64,000 nucleotides of DNA from Candidatus Eiseniibacteriota bacterium. GTDB taxonomy: Bacteria > Eisenbacteria > RBG-16-71-46 > JABDJR01. The stretch lies in contig CAVXKA010000003.1 in assembly GCA_963762255.1 (NCBI GenBank), positions 608,001 through 672,000 on the forward strand. Direction: 5' to 3'. The notes below the pieces were generated by a model, which was not told the DNA's origin, searched no databases, and worked only from the letters and a program-made list of their open reading frames with translations. Positions 1-10,143 of this stretch are shown in pieces (position 1 is the stretch's first letter; each line of letters opens with the position of its first letter). The translations under genes and the position numbers were made by a program.

Positions 1-885
1 TCGAGAAGATCTTCGACGGTCGCGATCCCCGCCATGCCTCCGTACTCATCGACCAGCCACCGCCAGTTGATTGTAGGTGGCCTGGAGTTCGCGGAGAAGC
101 GTGCCGACAGACTTGGTGGCGCTGGTGAGCACCGGCTCGCGGGCAAGCGAGGCCGCGGTGACTTCCGGGGGAGCGGCAAGCAGATCGAACACGTGCAGCA
201 CCCCGACCACGGTATCCAGCGTGTCGCGATAGACGGGATAGCGCGTGTACCCCTCCCGGCCCACAACCTCCAGGATCTCGGGCACGGTCGCCTCGGCGGG
301 GATCCCCACCACTTCTTCGCGGGGAACCATCACGTCCTCGACGCACGACTCGCCGAACTCCTGCAGCGTGGCCAGCATCTTCCCCTCTTCATCCTCGCCG
401 GAGCGCCCCTGGAGCCAGCGCAACTCGTAGTCGAGTTCAAGGAGGCGTTCCGCCGAGGAGGCGGGACGTCCGACACCGGGCATGCGATGGAGCACGACGA
501 GGACCCAGCGCAGGACGTTGCCGAGTTCCGCCAGGGGGCGAAGCACCGCGCGCCCGGCCAGGCTCAGCGGGCTCTGCCAGCGGACCGCGACCAGGGTGGA
601 GCCGAGCGCCGCCCACAGAAGCGCCAGGACCGCCACGATAGCGGACGCGTATGCCGATCCGAGGCGGGCGGTCGCCGCGAGCGGGATCACGAAGGCGGCG
701 GCCGCCAGAAGCCGGGCCAGAAGCCGCGCCTGCCGTGCCGAACGCGCGAAGGTGGCCGCCTCCTGCGCCTCGTCGTCACCGGCCATGCGATCGAGCGCGT
801 TTCGGCTGAACCAGGCGCCGGCCTCTTCGAGCAGGATGGCGAGCACAAGCGAGACGAGCCCCGCGACGATGGCGAGCGACATCAT
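1..885 (-). CDS. Hemolysin-family/CNNM-CorC CBS-domain membrane protein; runs off window start; +1 frameshift near 58
   Basis: TM N-terminus, then VEDVMVPREEV, YTRYPVY, VVGVLHVFDLL. ORF 46..885 stops early, but the adjacent frame continues LVDEYGGMAGIATVEDLLE (second CBS motif) to base 1. Confidence 0.85.
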
Positions 886-1865
886 GACGCGCGCGCCCCG
901 CGTTCGCGCTCGCGCTCGTCGTGCAACTCACCCACGATCTCTTCGAGCACGTCCTCCACGGTGACGATGCCCACCGTGCGCCCCAACCGATCGACCACGA
1001 CCGCCAGGTGGACCCTCGCCTCGCGAAGCTCGTCCAGAAGATCCTGGATGGTCTCTTCCTGGCGCACGAAATAGGCAGGCCGCAGGCGCTCGCGCAGGGA
1101 AAGCACGGGCTCCGGCCCGGTGCGGGGATAGGGAAGCAGGTCCTTGACCGTGATCAGCCCGACCACGCGCCCATCCGCGACCACGGGCAGGCGACTGTGC
1201 GCCGAGGCTCGGGCCCGCGTTCGCGCTTCATCGAGCGAGAGCCCATCGTCCATCGTGCGCGTCGCGTCCCAGCGGGTCATGACGTCGGCGACGAGGATGC
1301 TCGTGCTGGCGAGAAGCCGGCGCAGCAGACGACGCTCCTCACGCCCCAGACGACCGCCCGCCCCCGCCATCGCCGCCCGCGTCTCCGCGTTCACGATGCC
1401 CTCGCTGAGCGGCGCCGCCACGCTTCCCGCTCGCCACGTCACCAGCGGGCGCGAGACGCGGGCCGCCGGCAGGACCAGTCGCGCCCACGCGCCGTAGAGA
1501 ACTCCTCCGCGCCCTCGCCCCAGCCGGCGCATGATGCGGGTTCCCCCCGCGGCCTCGGTTAGCGCGGCGGCCAGCCAGCCCAGGAAGCAAGCCGCGGCCA
1601 CCCATCCCCAGGAGAGCCGCAGCACGCCGCCCGCCAGGCCCAGCGGCACGAAGACCGCGGCGAAGAAGCGCGAGAAGCGCAGACGCAGACCCAGCGTGAC
1701 CGGTTCATCGCGCAGCCGCTTGAGCCGGGAGAGGAGGGCATAGTCGGAGTGGCGGATGTGACCGCGCTCGATCGTCACCAGGTCGTGCCGCACGCCCGCG
1801 CCCAGCGCACCGAGCCCCCATGCGAACACCCCGATGAGCAGCCACAAGCCGGAGACGGCGTCCAC
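882..1865 (-). CDS. CBS-domain (hemolysin/CorC-like) membrane protein
   Basis: VADVMT, HSRLPVV, HLAVVVDRLGRTVGIVTVEDVLEEIVGEL; stop overlaps the next start (ATGA). Confidence 0.85.
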   Translation of the reverse strand: MDAVSGLWLLIGVFAWGLGALGAGVRHDLVTIERGHIRHSDYALLSRLKRLRDEPVTLGLRLRFSRFFAAVFVPLGLAGGVLRLSWGWVAAACFLGWLAAALTEAAGGTRIMRRLGRGRGGVLYGAWARLVLPAARVSRPLVTWRAGSVAAPLSEGIVNAETRAAMAGAGGRLGREERRLLRRLLASTSILVADVMTRWDATRTMDDGLSLDEARTRARASAHSRLPVVADGRVVGLITVKDLLPYPRTGPEPVLSLRERLRPAYFVRQEETIQDLLDELREARVHLAVVVDRLGRTVGIVTVEDVLEEIVGELHDERERERGARAS

Positions 1866-1867
1866 GG

Positions 1868-2338
1868 TCAGCCCCGGCCCTCGGCGCGCGCGCGCAGAAG
1901 CGTGCCCGGCGCGAACGCGGCCAGCGCGCGACGCTCCGCCGCCTTCATCGCCCGACCCTGGTGCGGCGTGTGGTGGTCGTGGCCCATGAGATGCAGGATG
2001 CCGTGGGCGATGAGCCGCGCCATCTCGGATTCGAAATCGTTGCCGAAGCGCGGCGCCTGCTCGCGCGCGCGCTCGACCGAGATCACGACATCGCCCAGGT
2101 ACGTCGAGCCGGTCTCGTCCTCTTCGTGGAGCGGGAAGGCGAGGACGTCGGTAGCCCGGTCGATGTCGCGGTACCGGGCGTTGAGATCGCGGACGCCGGC
2201 GTTGTCGGTCAGCACCAGGCTCATCGCGCCGTCGGCCACCCCGACGCTCGCCAACACTGCGCGCGCGAAGCGCTTCGTCCCGACGGGGTCAGCGACGGCG
2301 TGTCTTGGCGACTGCTGCAGGTGTATTCGCAAAGCCAC
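1868..2338 (-). CDS. ybeY: rRNA maturation endoribonuclease YbeY
   Basis: LNARYR..DRATDVLAFP, LGDVVIS, HGILHLMGHDH zinc motif. Confidence 0.95.
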   Translation of the reverse strand: MALRIHLQQSPRHAVADPVGTKRFARAVLASVGVADGAMSLVLTDNAGVRDLNARYRDIDRATDVLAFPLHEEDETGSTYLGDVVISVERAREQAPRFGNDFESEMARLIAHGILHLMGHDHHTPHQGRAMKAAERRALAAFAPGTLLRARAEGRG

Positions 2339-4607
2339 GCGGGGCCTCCCGGGTGCCGAGAGCGGTCTCGAGTTCGGGGCGGAACACGCTCTCGGCCAGA
2401 TCGTCGGACAGCGATTCTTCGCCCCCGTCCTTCTGCCATTGATACTTCACGCGCCCGTGGTAGACACCGATCAGCACGTGGATGAACGCATCGCGGATCC
2501 CGGCGAGGTCGGCCAGCGTCAACCCGCACTCGTCGAGCTGGCCGTCGACGATGCGGGATTGGAAGGTGCGGTCGAGCACGGCGCGGATACGGTCCGGGGT
2601 GTGTTCGTCCAGCGACCGCACGGTGGCCTCGGCCGCGTCGGCCAGCATCACGATGGCGGTTTCCTTGCTCTGAGGCTTCGGCCCGGGATAGCGGTAGTCG
2701 CGCTCGTCGACCTCGGCGTCCATCTCCAGGGCCTTGGTGAAGAAGTACTGCATGAGGGTCGTGCCCTGATGCTCCGGAATGAACGCCGCCACGCGAGTGG
2801 GGAGCCCGACCTCCCGGGCCACCTCCATTCCCTCGCGCACGTGCGACTCGAGGATGAGACTCGACATGGTCGGCGTCAGCCTCTCGTGGGGATTGTGCAT
2901 CCCCTTGCGCAGGTTCTCGCCGAAGTAGTCCGACTTCGCGATCTTGCCGACGTCATGGTAGTAGCCGCCCACACGGGCCAGGAGGCGGTTTGCCCCGATG
3001 GCCTCCGCCCCCGCCTCGGCGAGCGATCCCACCACCATGCTGTGGTGGTAGGTGCCGTTGGCCTCGAGCATCATGCGCTGGAAGATGGGGCGGTTGAGAT
3101 CGGAGAGTTCGAGCAGGGTGATGTCGGAGGCGAGATGAAAGATCCGCTCGAAGAGGGGCAGCATGAACATGGCCAGCGCGAACGAGAGGACCGCGTTGCC
3201 CGCCGTCCACAACGCCTCGACCGGCAGGTTGGAGCCGGGCACCCCCACCCCCACCAGCTCCACGCCGACCAGGGTGGCCAGCATCCCCGCCGCCGTCGGC
3301 ACGATGGCGCGCAGGAACTCCCACCGCTGGAAGACGCGGCGCATGGAGAACACCGCGACCGCGCCGCCCACCGCGGTGACCAGCGTCACCGGAAGCCCCC
3401 ATCCCGTCACCGCGCCGAGGAAGGCGGCCAGGACCATGACCATCCCAAGCGCCACAACCTCGCCCAGCAAGAGCGCGGTAACCACACCCGCCATCGGCAC
3501 CGGGACCACGAGAGGGTGCAGGCCGGGGACGCGCGCCACCACCGCAGCGAAGCCCAGCGTGAGGATGGCGAGCGACGTGACGGCGGTGTTGAGGTGAAGA
3601 TCGCGCCAGACCTCTCGGCTCGCCGATCGCAGGAACATGCCGAACAGGAAGACCGCCACCAGCACGAGCAGCGCGCGCCCCACCAGCGGCTTGAGATAGC
3701 CGGCCACGCCCTGCGCGCCCGCCCGCTCCTGCATCGCGCGGCGCAACGCCTCGAGGACGACGACCTGCTGGTGGGTGATGCGCTCGTGCGCGTCGACGAT
3801 GCGCTCGCCCTTCTGAATCGTGGTCAGCGTCGGGCTCACCGAGGCCCGGGCCGCGTCGCGGTCGCTGTCGGTAGCCGTGGGATCGTAAGCCAGATCGGGT
3901 ACGGCGAACGCAACCGCAAGCTCGGCCAGGGCCGCTCCCGCGCGCGGCCCCAGGCGTTCCTCCCCACGGAGCGCCGCGCGCGTGGCCAGGCGACCGGGGG
4001 TGAAGATATCGCTGGTGGAGATGATCTCCTCGCCGCGGGAGGTGCTCACACGAACGCGGCTTCTCCCCTCGAGAAGTCCCGCGTCGCCGCGGTCCACCAT
4101 CCCCTGCACGCGAGTCTCGTCGAGGAGACGATCCAGCTCCCGGATAAGAACGCGCCCGGAATCGGGGGAGGCGAGGATCTGTTGAGTGGATGCGCTCAGC
4201 GACACTCCCAACGAGTCGAGGAATCGCGCGACACGACGGCGATCCCGGCGCACCGTGTCGAGGCGCGCGACGAGCGGTCTCCGATCCTCGGAGGGCCGCT
4301 GCGCGACCGCCGGCACCACGGCCTCGGCGGCCAGAGAGCGCTCGCGTTCCAGATCCTGGGAAAGCTTGGGCACCCCGAAGTCGAACGGAGCGAGGATTTC
4401 CTCCGCGGAGACCGTCCCCTCGAGGTAAGCGGGCGGGGTCATCCCGGTTCGCAGCGGGAAGAGCACCGTCGTGGCGGCCAGGATGATCGCGCCCAGGAGC
4501 GCTCGCACCAGAATGCGGGTGCGTCTCGGCACCGGGGTCATCTCATGGGCGAGCTGCGCCCGCCGCCGCCGCCGGCCGCGGAAGAGCTTGTTCAGCCAGG
4601 GGAGCAT
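2289..4607 (-). CDS. 7TM HD/HDIG-domain phosphohydrolase (PgpH-like cyclic dinucleotide phosphodiesterase family)
   Basis: Extracytoplasmic domain, about 7 TM segments, GTYHHS, YYHDVGK, EHQGT, YRYPGPKPQSKETAIVMLAD; usual phoH-HDIG-ybeY synteny. Confidence 0.9.
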   Translation of the reverse strand: MLPWLNKLFRGRRRRRAQLAHEMTPVPRRTRILVRALLGAIILAATTVLFPLRTGMTPPAYLEGTVSAEEILAPFDFGVPKLSQDLERERSLAAEAVVPAVAQRPSEDRRPLVARLDTVRRDRRRVARFLDSLGVSLSASTQQILASPDSGRVLIRELDRLLDETRVQGMVDRGDAGLLEGRSRVRVSTSRGEEIISTSDIFTPGRLATRAALRGEERLGPRAGAALAELAVAFAVPDLAYDPTATDSDRDAARASVSPTLTTIQKGERIVDAHERITHQQVVVLEALRRAMQERAGAQGVAGYLKPLVGRALLVLVAVFLFGMFLRSASREVWRDLHLNTAVTSLAILTLGFAAVVARVPGLHPLVVPVPMAGVVTALLLGEVVALGMVMVLAAFLGAVTGWGLPVTLVTAVGGAVAVFSMRRVFQRWEFLRAIVPTAAGMLATLVGVELVGVGVPGSNLPVEALWTAGNAVLSFALAMFMLPLFERIFHLASDITLLELSDLNRPIFQRMMLEANGTYHHSMVVGSLAEAGAEAIGANRLLARVGGYYHDVGKIAKSDYFGENLRKGMHNPHERLTPTMSSLILESHVREGMEVAREVGLPTRVAAFIPEHQGTTLMQYFFTKALEMDAEVDERDYRYPGPKPQSKETAIVMLADAAEATVRSLDEHTPDRIRAVLDRTFQSRIVDGQLDECGLTLADLAGIRDAFIHVLIGVYHGRVKYQWQKDGGEESLSDDLAESVFRPELETALGTREAPRGFANTPAAVAKTRRR

Positions 4608-4608
4608 G

Positions 4609-5610
4609 TCAGGCCGGTTCCCTCTCCGCCGCGCCCTGCTCCCCCGATCCAGAGATTCCAGACTCGTACCGGTCGAACGCTTCGAGGATGGCCATCACAA
4701 GCCGGTGACGCACGACGTCGCGCGCCTTGAAGTGAACGAACGAGATCCCTTCGGTGCCGCGGAGAATCCCCTGCACCTGAATGAGACCGCTCTCCTGCGG
4801 GTCCACGAGATCCACCTGGGTCACGTCCCCGGTGATGACCGCCTTGGAGTGCATGCCCAACCGGGTGAGAAACATCTTCATCTGCTTGACCGTCGTGTTC
4901 TGAGCTTCGTCGAGCACGACGAAGGCCTTCGACAACGTCCGGCCGCGCATGTAGGCCAGGGGCGCGATCTCCAGCACACCCAGCTCCTGAAAACGCTTGA
5001 GCTTGTCGTAGGCGATGAAATCGCGGAGCGCGTCGTAGAGGGGGCGCAGATAGGGATCGATCTTCTCCTCGAACGTGCCGGGAAGGAAACCGAGCTTCTC
5101 TCCCGCCTCCACCGCGGGGCGCGTGAGGACGATGCGTTCCACCTCGCGGTTGCGCAGAGCCTGCACGGCCATGGCCACCGCGAGGTACGTCTTGCCCGTC
5201 CCCGCCGGACCGATCCCGAACACCACGTCGTGGGAGCGGATCGCCTCCACGTATTCGATCTGTCCGAGCGACTTGAGCTGCACGCGGCACCGATCGAAGA
5301 CCAGGTCGGACGAGGGGCGGGAATCTGCCACCGCCTGGGGCCCCTCTTCGGCCAGAAGCGTGCTCAGGTAGTCGACGTCGCGGACCTCCACGACCAGGCC
5401 GCGGGCCACACGATCCGTCAATTCGCGCACGACCTCGGCGGCCTTGGCCACGTTTGCGCGGGGCCCGGAGAGCGTGAGGGTGCTCCCGCGGAGCACGGAG
5501 GAGACGCGGAATTGCTCCTCGAGGCGCCGCAGGTTCGCGTCCCGCTCCCCGAAGAGCATGACCGGATCGATGTGTCCGATTTCGATTTGAGTCGAGCTAG
5601 GTCCACTCAT
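4609..5610 (-). CDS. phoH: PhoH family ATPase
   Basis: GPAGTGKTYLA, LTRPAVEAGEKLGFLPG, APLAYMRGRTL, DEAQN, GDVTQVDL. Confidence 0.95.
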   Translation of the reverse strand: MSGPSSTQIEIGHIDPVMLFGERDANLRRLEEQFRVSSVLRGSTLTLSGPRANVAKAAEVVRELTDRVARGLVVEVRDVDYLSTLLAEEGPQAVADSRPSSDLVFDRCRVQLKSLGQIEYVEAIRSHDVVFGIGPAGTGKTYLAVAMAVQALRNREVERIVLTRPAVEAGEKLGFLPGTFEEKIDPYLRPLYDALRDFIAYDKLKRFQELGVLEIAPLAYMRGRTLSKAFVVLDEAQNTTVKQMKMFLTRLGMHSKAVITGDVTQVDLVDPQESGLIQVQGILRGTEGISFVHFKARDVVRHRLVMAILEAFDRYESGISGSGEQGAAEREPA

Positions 5611-5664
5611 GGTGCGGGGTCCGCCGGTCCTCTGGACCGGTCACCCCTGATCTGTCCCTCCGCA

Positions 5665-5738
5665 TGGCTGGGGAGCAAGGAATCGAACCTTGATTCTCGG
5701 CTCCAAAGACCGATGTCCTACCGTTGGACGACTCCCCA
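5665..5738 (-). tRNA. tRNA-Gln(TTG)
   Basis: Reverse complement TGGGGAGTCGTCCAACGGTAGGACATCGGTCTTTGGAGCCGAGAATCAAGGTTCGATTCCTTGCTCCCCAGCCA: cloverleaf, anticodon TTG, GTTCGA T-loop, encoded CCA. Confidence 0.95.
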
Positions 5739-5814
5739 TCGAACTCCGGGGCCAGAGCCGTTTTCGGCAGGCGCCCCAAAACAGCAAAGGGTTCCGTGCG
5801 GAACCCGGTGGCAG

Positions 5815-5843
5815 ACGCTAGCACCCGGGGGGCGGCATGTCAA
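5815..5843 (-). promoter_or_regulatory. Putative sigma-70 promoter for tRNA-Gln/phoH
   Basis: TTGACA-17 nt-TAGCGT with TG extension. Confidence 0.6.
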
Positions 5844-5907
5844 CGCGCCTCGCGCCGGCACGATGACATAACACATTGTCGCGTATCCAATTACACGCCA
5901 CGAGCCG

Positions 5908-7749
5908 TCACTCGACCACCCGGACATGGAGATCCTTCAGGTCGTGCGGATCGACCTCGGCGGGGGCCCCGTCCATGAGACTCGCGGCGCGGGTGGTCTT
6001 GGGGAAGGCGATCACGTCGCGAAGCGATTTCCACCCCCCCATCAGCATGACCAGCCGGTCCAGTCCGGGGGCAATCCCCCCGTGGGGCGGGGCGCCGTAC
6101 TGGAATGCCTCCAGCAGGAACCCGAACTTCTGCTCGGCCTCCTCCATGCTCAGCCCGGCGACCTTCATCACCCGTTCCTGGATGTCCCGGCGGTGAATGC
6201 GGATGCTCCCCGAGGCGAGCTCGAGCCCGTTGGCGACCAGGTCGTAGAGAATCCCGTGTACCTTGCCGGGGTCGGTCTCGAGGTACGGCAGGTGCTCCTC
6301 GATCGGCATGGAGAAGAGGTGATGCGCGGCCTCCCAGCGACCCAGCTCGCGATTCCAGTCGAAGAGGGGGAATTCGCGAACCCAAAGGAAGTTGAATTCC
6401 TTCTCGCGGCCGGCCACGAGGGGCTCACCGAGTGCCGTCCGCACAGCGCCGAGCGCCTTGCAGGCCACCGTCCAGTCGTCGGCCACGAAGAGGAGCAGGT
6501 CGCCGGGCTCTGCGCCGAGCGCGGCGCGCACCGCCGCCCCCTCTCCGAGGAACTTCCCGATCCCCCCCTCGAAGCCCGCGGCCGCCACCTTGGTCCACGC
6601 CAGCCCCTTGGCGCCGTAGGTCTTCGCCGTCGCTTCGAGGTCGTCGATCTCTTTGCGGCTCTTCCCCGCCCCCCCGGGCACGCGCAACCCCTTGACCGTC
6701 CCACCCCGCGCGGCCGTCTCCGCGAACACCCGGAACTCGGTCGCGGCCACCACGTCCGTGACCGTGACCAGGTGCAGCTCGAAGCGGCGATCCGGTTTGT
6801 CGGTGCCGTAGGTGTCCATCGCCTCGCGGTAGGTCAGCCGCGGGAACGGCGTCGCGAGTTCGACCCCGATGCACTCGCGGAAGAGGTGGCTCATGAGCCC
6901 CTCCACCACCGCGTACACATCGTCCTCCCGCACGAACGCCATCTCGATGTCGATCTGGGTGTGCTCGGGTTGGCGGTCGGCGCGCAGGTCCTCGTCGCGC
7001 AGGCAACGCGCGAGCTGGAAGTAGCGATTGAACCCGGCCACCATCAGGATCTGCTTGTAGAGCTGCGGGCTCTGGGGCAGGGCGTAGAACTTGCCGGGGT
7101 GAAGGCGCGCGGGAACGATGTAGTCGCGGGCGCCTTCGGGGGTGGGGCGCACCAGGAGCGGCGTCTCCACCTCGATGAAGTCCTGCGCGAAGAGATACTT
7201 GCGCACCTCGAGGGTGAGCTTGCCGCGCAGTCGCATCGCGGCCTGCAAGCTGGGCCGGCGCAGGTCGAGGTAGCGGTAGCGCAGGCGCAGATCCTCCGAG
7301 GCGCCGGTCTCATCCTCCACTTCGAAGGGAGGAGTGCGCGAGACGTTGAGCACGCGCAGCTCGTCCGCATCCACCTCGATCTCGCCGGTGGCCATGTCGC
7401 GGTTGACCATGGTGTCGGGGCGGCGCACCACCGCGCCGCGCACCGCGAGCACGAACTCGGCGCGTGCGGCGCGCGCCTTGCGCAGCGCCTCCTCGGCCAC
7501 CTTGCCGGGGTGAAAGACGACCTGGGTCAGGCCGCTGTGATCGCGCAGGTCGATGAAGACCACGCCGCCGTGATCGCGCGTGCGCTGCACCCACCCCATG
7601 AGCACCGCGGGGGCGCCGGCGTCCGCGCCTCGGAGCGCGCCGCAGAGGTGCGTGCGCCGCCAGTCGCCCATCGACTCCGCGCTCACCCGAATCTCGTCGC
7701 TCGCCGTCGTCCCGTCTTCCGGCGTCGGCCGGCCTTCACGCGTGTTCAT
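5908..7749 (-). CDS. aspS: Aspartate--tRNA ligase (RDHGG motif suggests the non-discriminating Asp/Asn type)
   Basis: RTHLCG, RDHGGVVFIDLRD, LRYRYLDLRR, PEGARDY, LPQSPQLYKQILM, RDEDLRADRQPE, GAPPHGG. Confidence 0.97.
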   Translation of the reverse strand: MNTREGRPTPEDGTTASDEIRVSAESMGDWRRTHLCGALRGADAGAPAVLMGWVQRTRDHGGVVFIDLRDHSGLTQVVFHPGKVAEEALRKARAARAEFVLAVRGAVVRRPDTMVNRDMATGEIEVDADELRVLNVSRTPPFEVEDETGASEDLRLRYRYLDLRRPSLQAAMRLRGKLTLEVRKYLFAQDFIEVETPLLVRPTPEGARDYIVPARLHPGKFYALPQSPQLYKQILMVAGFNRYFQLARCLRDEDLRADRQPEHTQIDIEMAFVREDDVYAVVEGLMSHLFRECIGVELATPFPRLTYREAMDTYGTDKPDRRFELHLVTVTDVVAATEFRVFAETAARGGTVKGLRVPGGAGKSRKEIDDLEATAKTYGAKGLAWTKVAAAGFEGGIGKFLGEGAAVRAALGAEPGDLLLFVADDWTVACKALGAVRTALGEPLVAGREKEFNFLWVREFPLFDWNRELGRWEAAHHLFSMPIEEHLPYLETDPGKVHGILYDLVANGLELASGSIRIHRRDIQERVMKVAGLSMEEAEQKFGFLLEAFQYGAPPHGGIAPGLDRLVMLMGGWKSLRDVIAFPKTTRAASLMDGAPAEVDPHDLKDLHVRVVE

Positions 7750-7837
7750 ACCGTCTCCTCGAGTGTCGCCGTCACGATTGCGCGGCCTCGTCCAAGTGAT
7801 GTTGCGCCGTCCGAGTCACGCCGCGCCCTTACGATCC

Positions 7838-9112
7838 CTAGCCGCGGGGCCGGCTCAAGACGCGCGCGATTTCGGTTTCGAGATCCCGGTCGGCGATCTC
7901 GGTCTGCTGACCCATGCCCATGTCCTTGACCGTCCAGGTTCCGCGCGCGAGTTCTCCCTCGCCGACAACCACCACGACGCGGGCGCCCGCCTTTCCCGCG
8001 CTCTTCATCTGGTTGCCGAGGCTGCGCGCCAGGAGGTCCACGTCGACGCGAAAGCTCGCGCGCAGTCGGCGCGCGAGGAGCATCCCCGCGGCGCGCTCGG
8101 CGTCGCCCCCCGTCACCACGACCGCGACATCGGGTACGATCGCGCCGGGGAGCGCCACTCCCTCCGCCTCCAGCGCGAGCAGGATGCGCTCGACACCCGT
8201 CGAGAATCCGACTCCGGGCGTGGCGGGACCGCCCACCTCCTCGATGAGGCGATCGTAGCGTCCGCCCCCTCCCACCGCGTTCTGCGAACCCAACCCGCCG
8301 TGCTGCATCTCGAACACGGTGCGGGTGTAGTAGTCGAGACCGCGCACCAGACGGTCATCCACCGCCACCTCGATCTTCGCCCCGCGCAGGAGCGCGAGCA
8401 GCGTGTCCTGATGCGTGCGGCAGTCGTCGCAGAGATGATCCTGAATGCTCGGGATCCCGGCCGCGACGTCGCGGCACTGCGGCACCTTGCAGTCCAGCAC
8501 TCGCAGCGGGTTCAGCTCCACGCGACGCACGCAGTCGGGGCAGAGCCGGTCCATGTGCTCCGAGAGATAGCGCCGCAAGGTCTCTGTGAACCGCGGGCGG
8601 CACACCGAGTCGCCCACGCTGTTCACCAAGGCCCGCACGCCGGTGAGCCCCACCGCGGCGAGCAGATCGCAGAGCAGCGCGATCATCTCGAAGTCTGCGC
8701 CGGGCGAGTCGGCGCCGAGGAGTTCCGCGCCGATCTGTTGATGCTGGCGGTAGCGCCCGGCCTGCGGTCGCTCGTAACGGAACATGGGGCCGATGTAGTA
8801 GACCTTCCAGGGCTTCGGCCCGGCGTAGAGCTTGTGCTCCACATACGCGCGCGCCACCGAGGCGGTCCCCTCCGGCCGCAGCGTGAGGCTTCGTCCCTTG
8901 CGATCGGCGAAGGTATACATCTCCTTCTGCACGATGTCGGTGGCCTCCCCCACGCCGCGCAGGAAAAGGTCGGTGTGTTCGAAGATGGGGGTACGGATCT
9001 CGCCGAACCCATAGCGGGAGAGAACGTCGCGGAACCGCTCCTCGACATGCTGCCATGCCGGGCTGCGGTCGGGGAGGATGTCCTGGGTTCCGCGGGGAGC
9101 CATCATGCTCAC
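7838..9112 (-). CDS. hisS: Histidine--tRNA ligase
   Basis: PRGTQDILP, LRPEGTA, GPMFRYERPQAGRYRQ, LVRGLDYYT, GGGRYD; GTG start at 9112 overlaps upstream stop. Confidence 0.96.
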   Translation of the reverse strand: MSMMAPRGTQDILPDRSPAWQHVEERFRDVLSRYGFGEIRTPIFEHTDLFLRGVGEATDIVQKEMYTFADRKGRSLTLRPEGTASVARAYVEHKLYAGPKPWKVYYIGPMFRYERPQAGRYRQHQQIGAELLGADSPGADFEMIALLCDLLAAVGLTGVRALVNSVGDSVCRPRFTETLRRYLSEHMDRLCPDCVRRVELNPLRVLDCKVPQCRDVAAGIPSIQDHLCDDCRTHQDTLLALLRGAKIEVAVDDRLVRGLDYYTRTVFEMQHGGLGSQNAVGGGGRYDRLIEEVGGPATPGVGFSTGVERILLALEAEGVALPGAIVPDVAVVVTGGDAERAAGMLLARRLRASFRVDVDLLARSLGNQMKSAGKAGARVVVVVGEGELARGTWTVKDMGMGQQTEIADRDLETEIARVLSRPRG

Positions 9113-9519
9113 GCGTCTTCGTTCCTTTCGTTGGCCGCATCGCGCCGCCACAGCCAGTGCGGATGACGCGTCTTGCGCCGGCTCCATGCGTCGAGCAGCA
9201 CTCCGAACGTTACGCCGGCGGTATCGGCGCTCCAGTCGAAGAGGCTGCGGTTACGCCCCACAGTTCCCTGAAACAGCTCGTCCAGCGCACCCACCGTCGC
9301 CCCCAACACGAGCGCGAGCGCGATGCGGCGGGCCTTGCCTCCCGCCACCAGCGTGCGGCCCCAGGCCCGGGCCAGGAGCCCGCCAAGGAGCGCGTACTCC
9401 ACGAAGTGCGCGACCTTGTCGCCGTAGGCGAACTCACCGGGAGGCGACAGCGTGGATATCGACGACAGCGTGAAGATGAGGGCGGCGTAGGTCGCCACCG
9501 GCAGCCATGCGCTCCACAC
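9109..9519 (-). CDS. VanZ-family membrane protein
   Basis: DKVAHFVEY, DELFQGTVGR, DWSADTAG; hydrophobic helices. Confidence 0.85.
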   Translation of the reverse strand: MWSAWLPVATYAALIFTLSSISTLSPPGEFAYGDKVAHFVEYALLGGLLARAWGRTLVAGGKARRIALALVLGATVGALDELFQGTVGRNRSLFDWSADTAGVTFGVLLDAWSRRKTRHPHWLWRRDAANERNEDA

Positions 9520-9525
9520 GGTGCG

Positions 9526-10062
9526 TCAGCCGGTGATCCGGGTTTCCTCGCGGCGGATGAGATCCATCGCGTCCGCGGAGGTTCGCGCGTGCAGGAGGCT
9601 GCGTTGCAGGTCTCCCGAATAGAGCAGGCGGCTGATGCGGGCAAGCACTCGGATGAACCCGCCGCGCTCTTCGGGCCCCACGACCAGGAAGACCAGTTGC
9701 ACCGGGCGTTCATCCAGCGCGTCGAAATCTATCGGACGCGCCACGCGGCCCAGCGCCAACGACAACCGGGTGGCGCCCGCGCTCTGCGCGTGCGGCACCG
9801 CGATGCCGCCCCCGATGCCGGTACTCATCACGCGCTCGCGCTGCTGGATGTCGGCGACCATGCGACGCGTATCGGTGACCGCCTTGCTGTCGTAGAGGGC
9901 CTGCACCAACGCCTCGATGACCGCGTCCTTCGTGGAAGCGGCAAGATCCAGTCGAATGCACGACGCGTCGAGGATTTCGGTGAGCAGGACCGCCCCCTTC
10001 GGGTCTGCACCCTCCGCCTGGACGGAAGGCGTGGAAGGCTCGTTCAAACTAAACGCGCGCAA
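9526..10062 (-). CDS. PTS EIIA domain protein (fructose/Ntr type); exact start uncertain
   Basis: RERVMSTGIGGGIAVPHA (phospho-His), IDFDALDERPVQLVFL. Confidence 0.9.
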   Translation of the reverse strand: MRAFSLNEPSTPSVQAEGADPKGAVLLTEILDASCIRLDLAASTKDAVIEALVQALYDSKAVTDTRRMVADIQQRERVMSTGIGGGIAVPHAQSAGATRLSLALGRVARPIDFDALDERPVQLVFLVVGPEERGGFIRVLARISRLLYSGDLQRSLLHARTSADAMDLIRREETRITG

Positions 10063-10080
10063 TCGATTCTCCTTCGTCGA

Positions 10081-10108
10081 ACTATACCAGCCGGCAACAG
10101 GGTGTCAA
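10081..10108 (-). promoter_or_regulatory. Putative sigma-70 promoter for EIIA-vanZ-hisS-aspS
   Basis: TTGACA-16 nt-TATAGT. Confidence 0.6.
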
Positions 10109-10143
10109 GGAAGCGGGGTGAGATGAAGTGAGCCGCGGGCGGA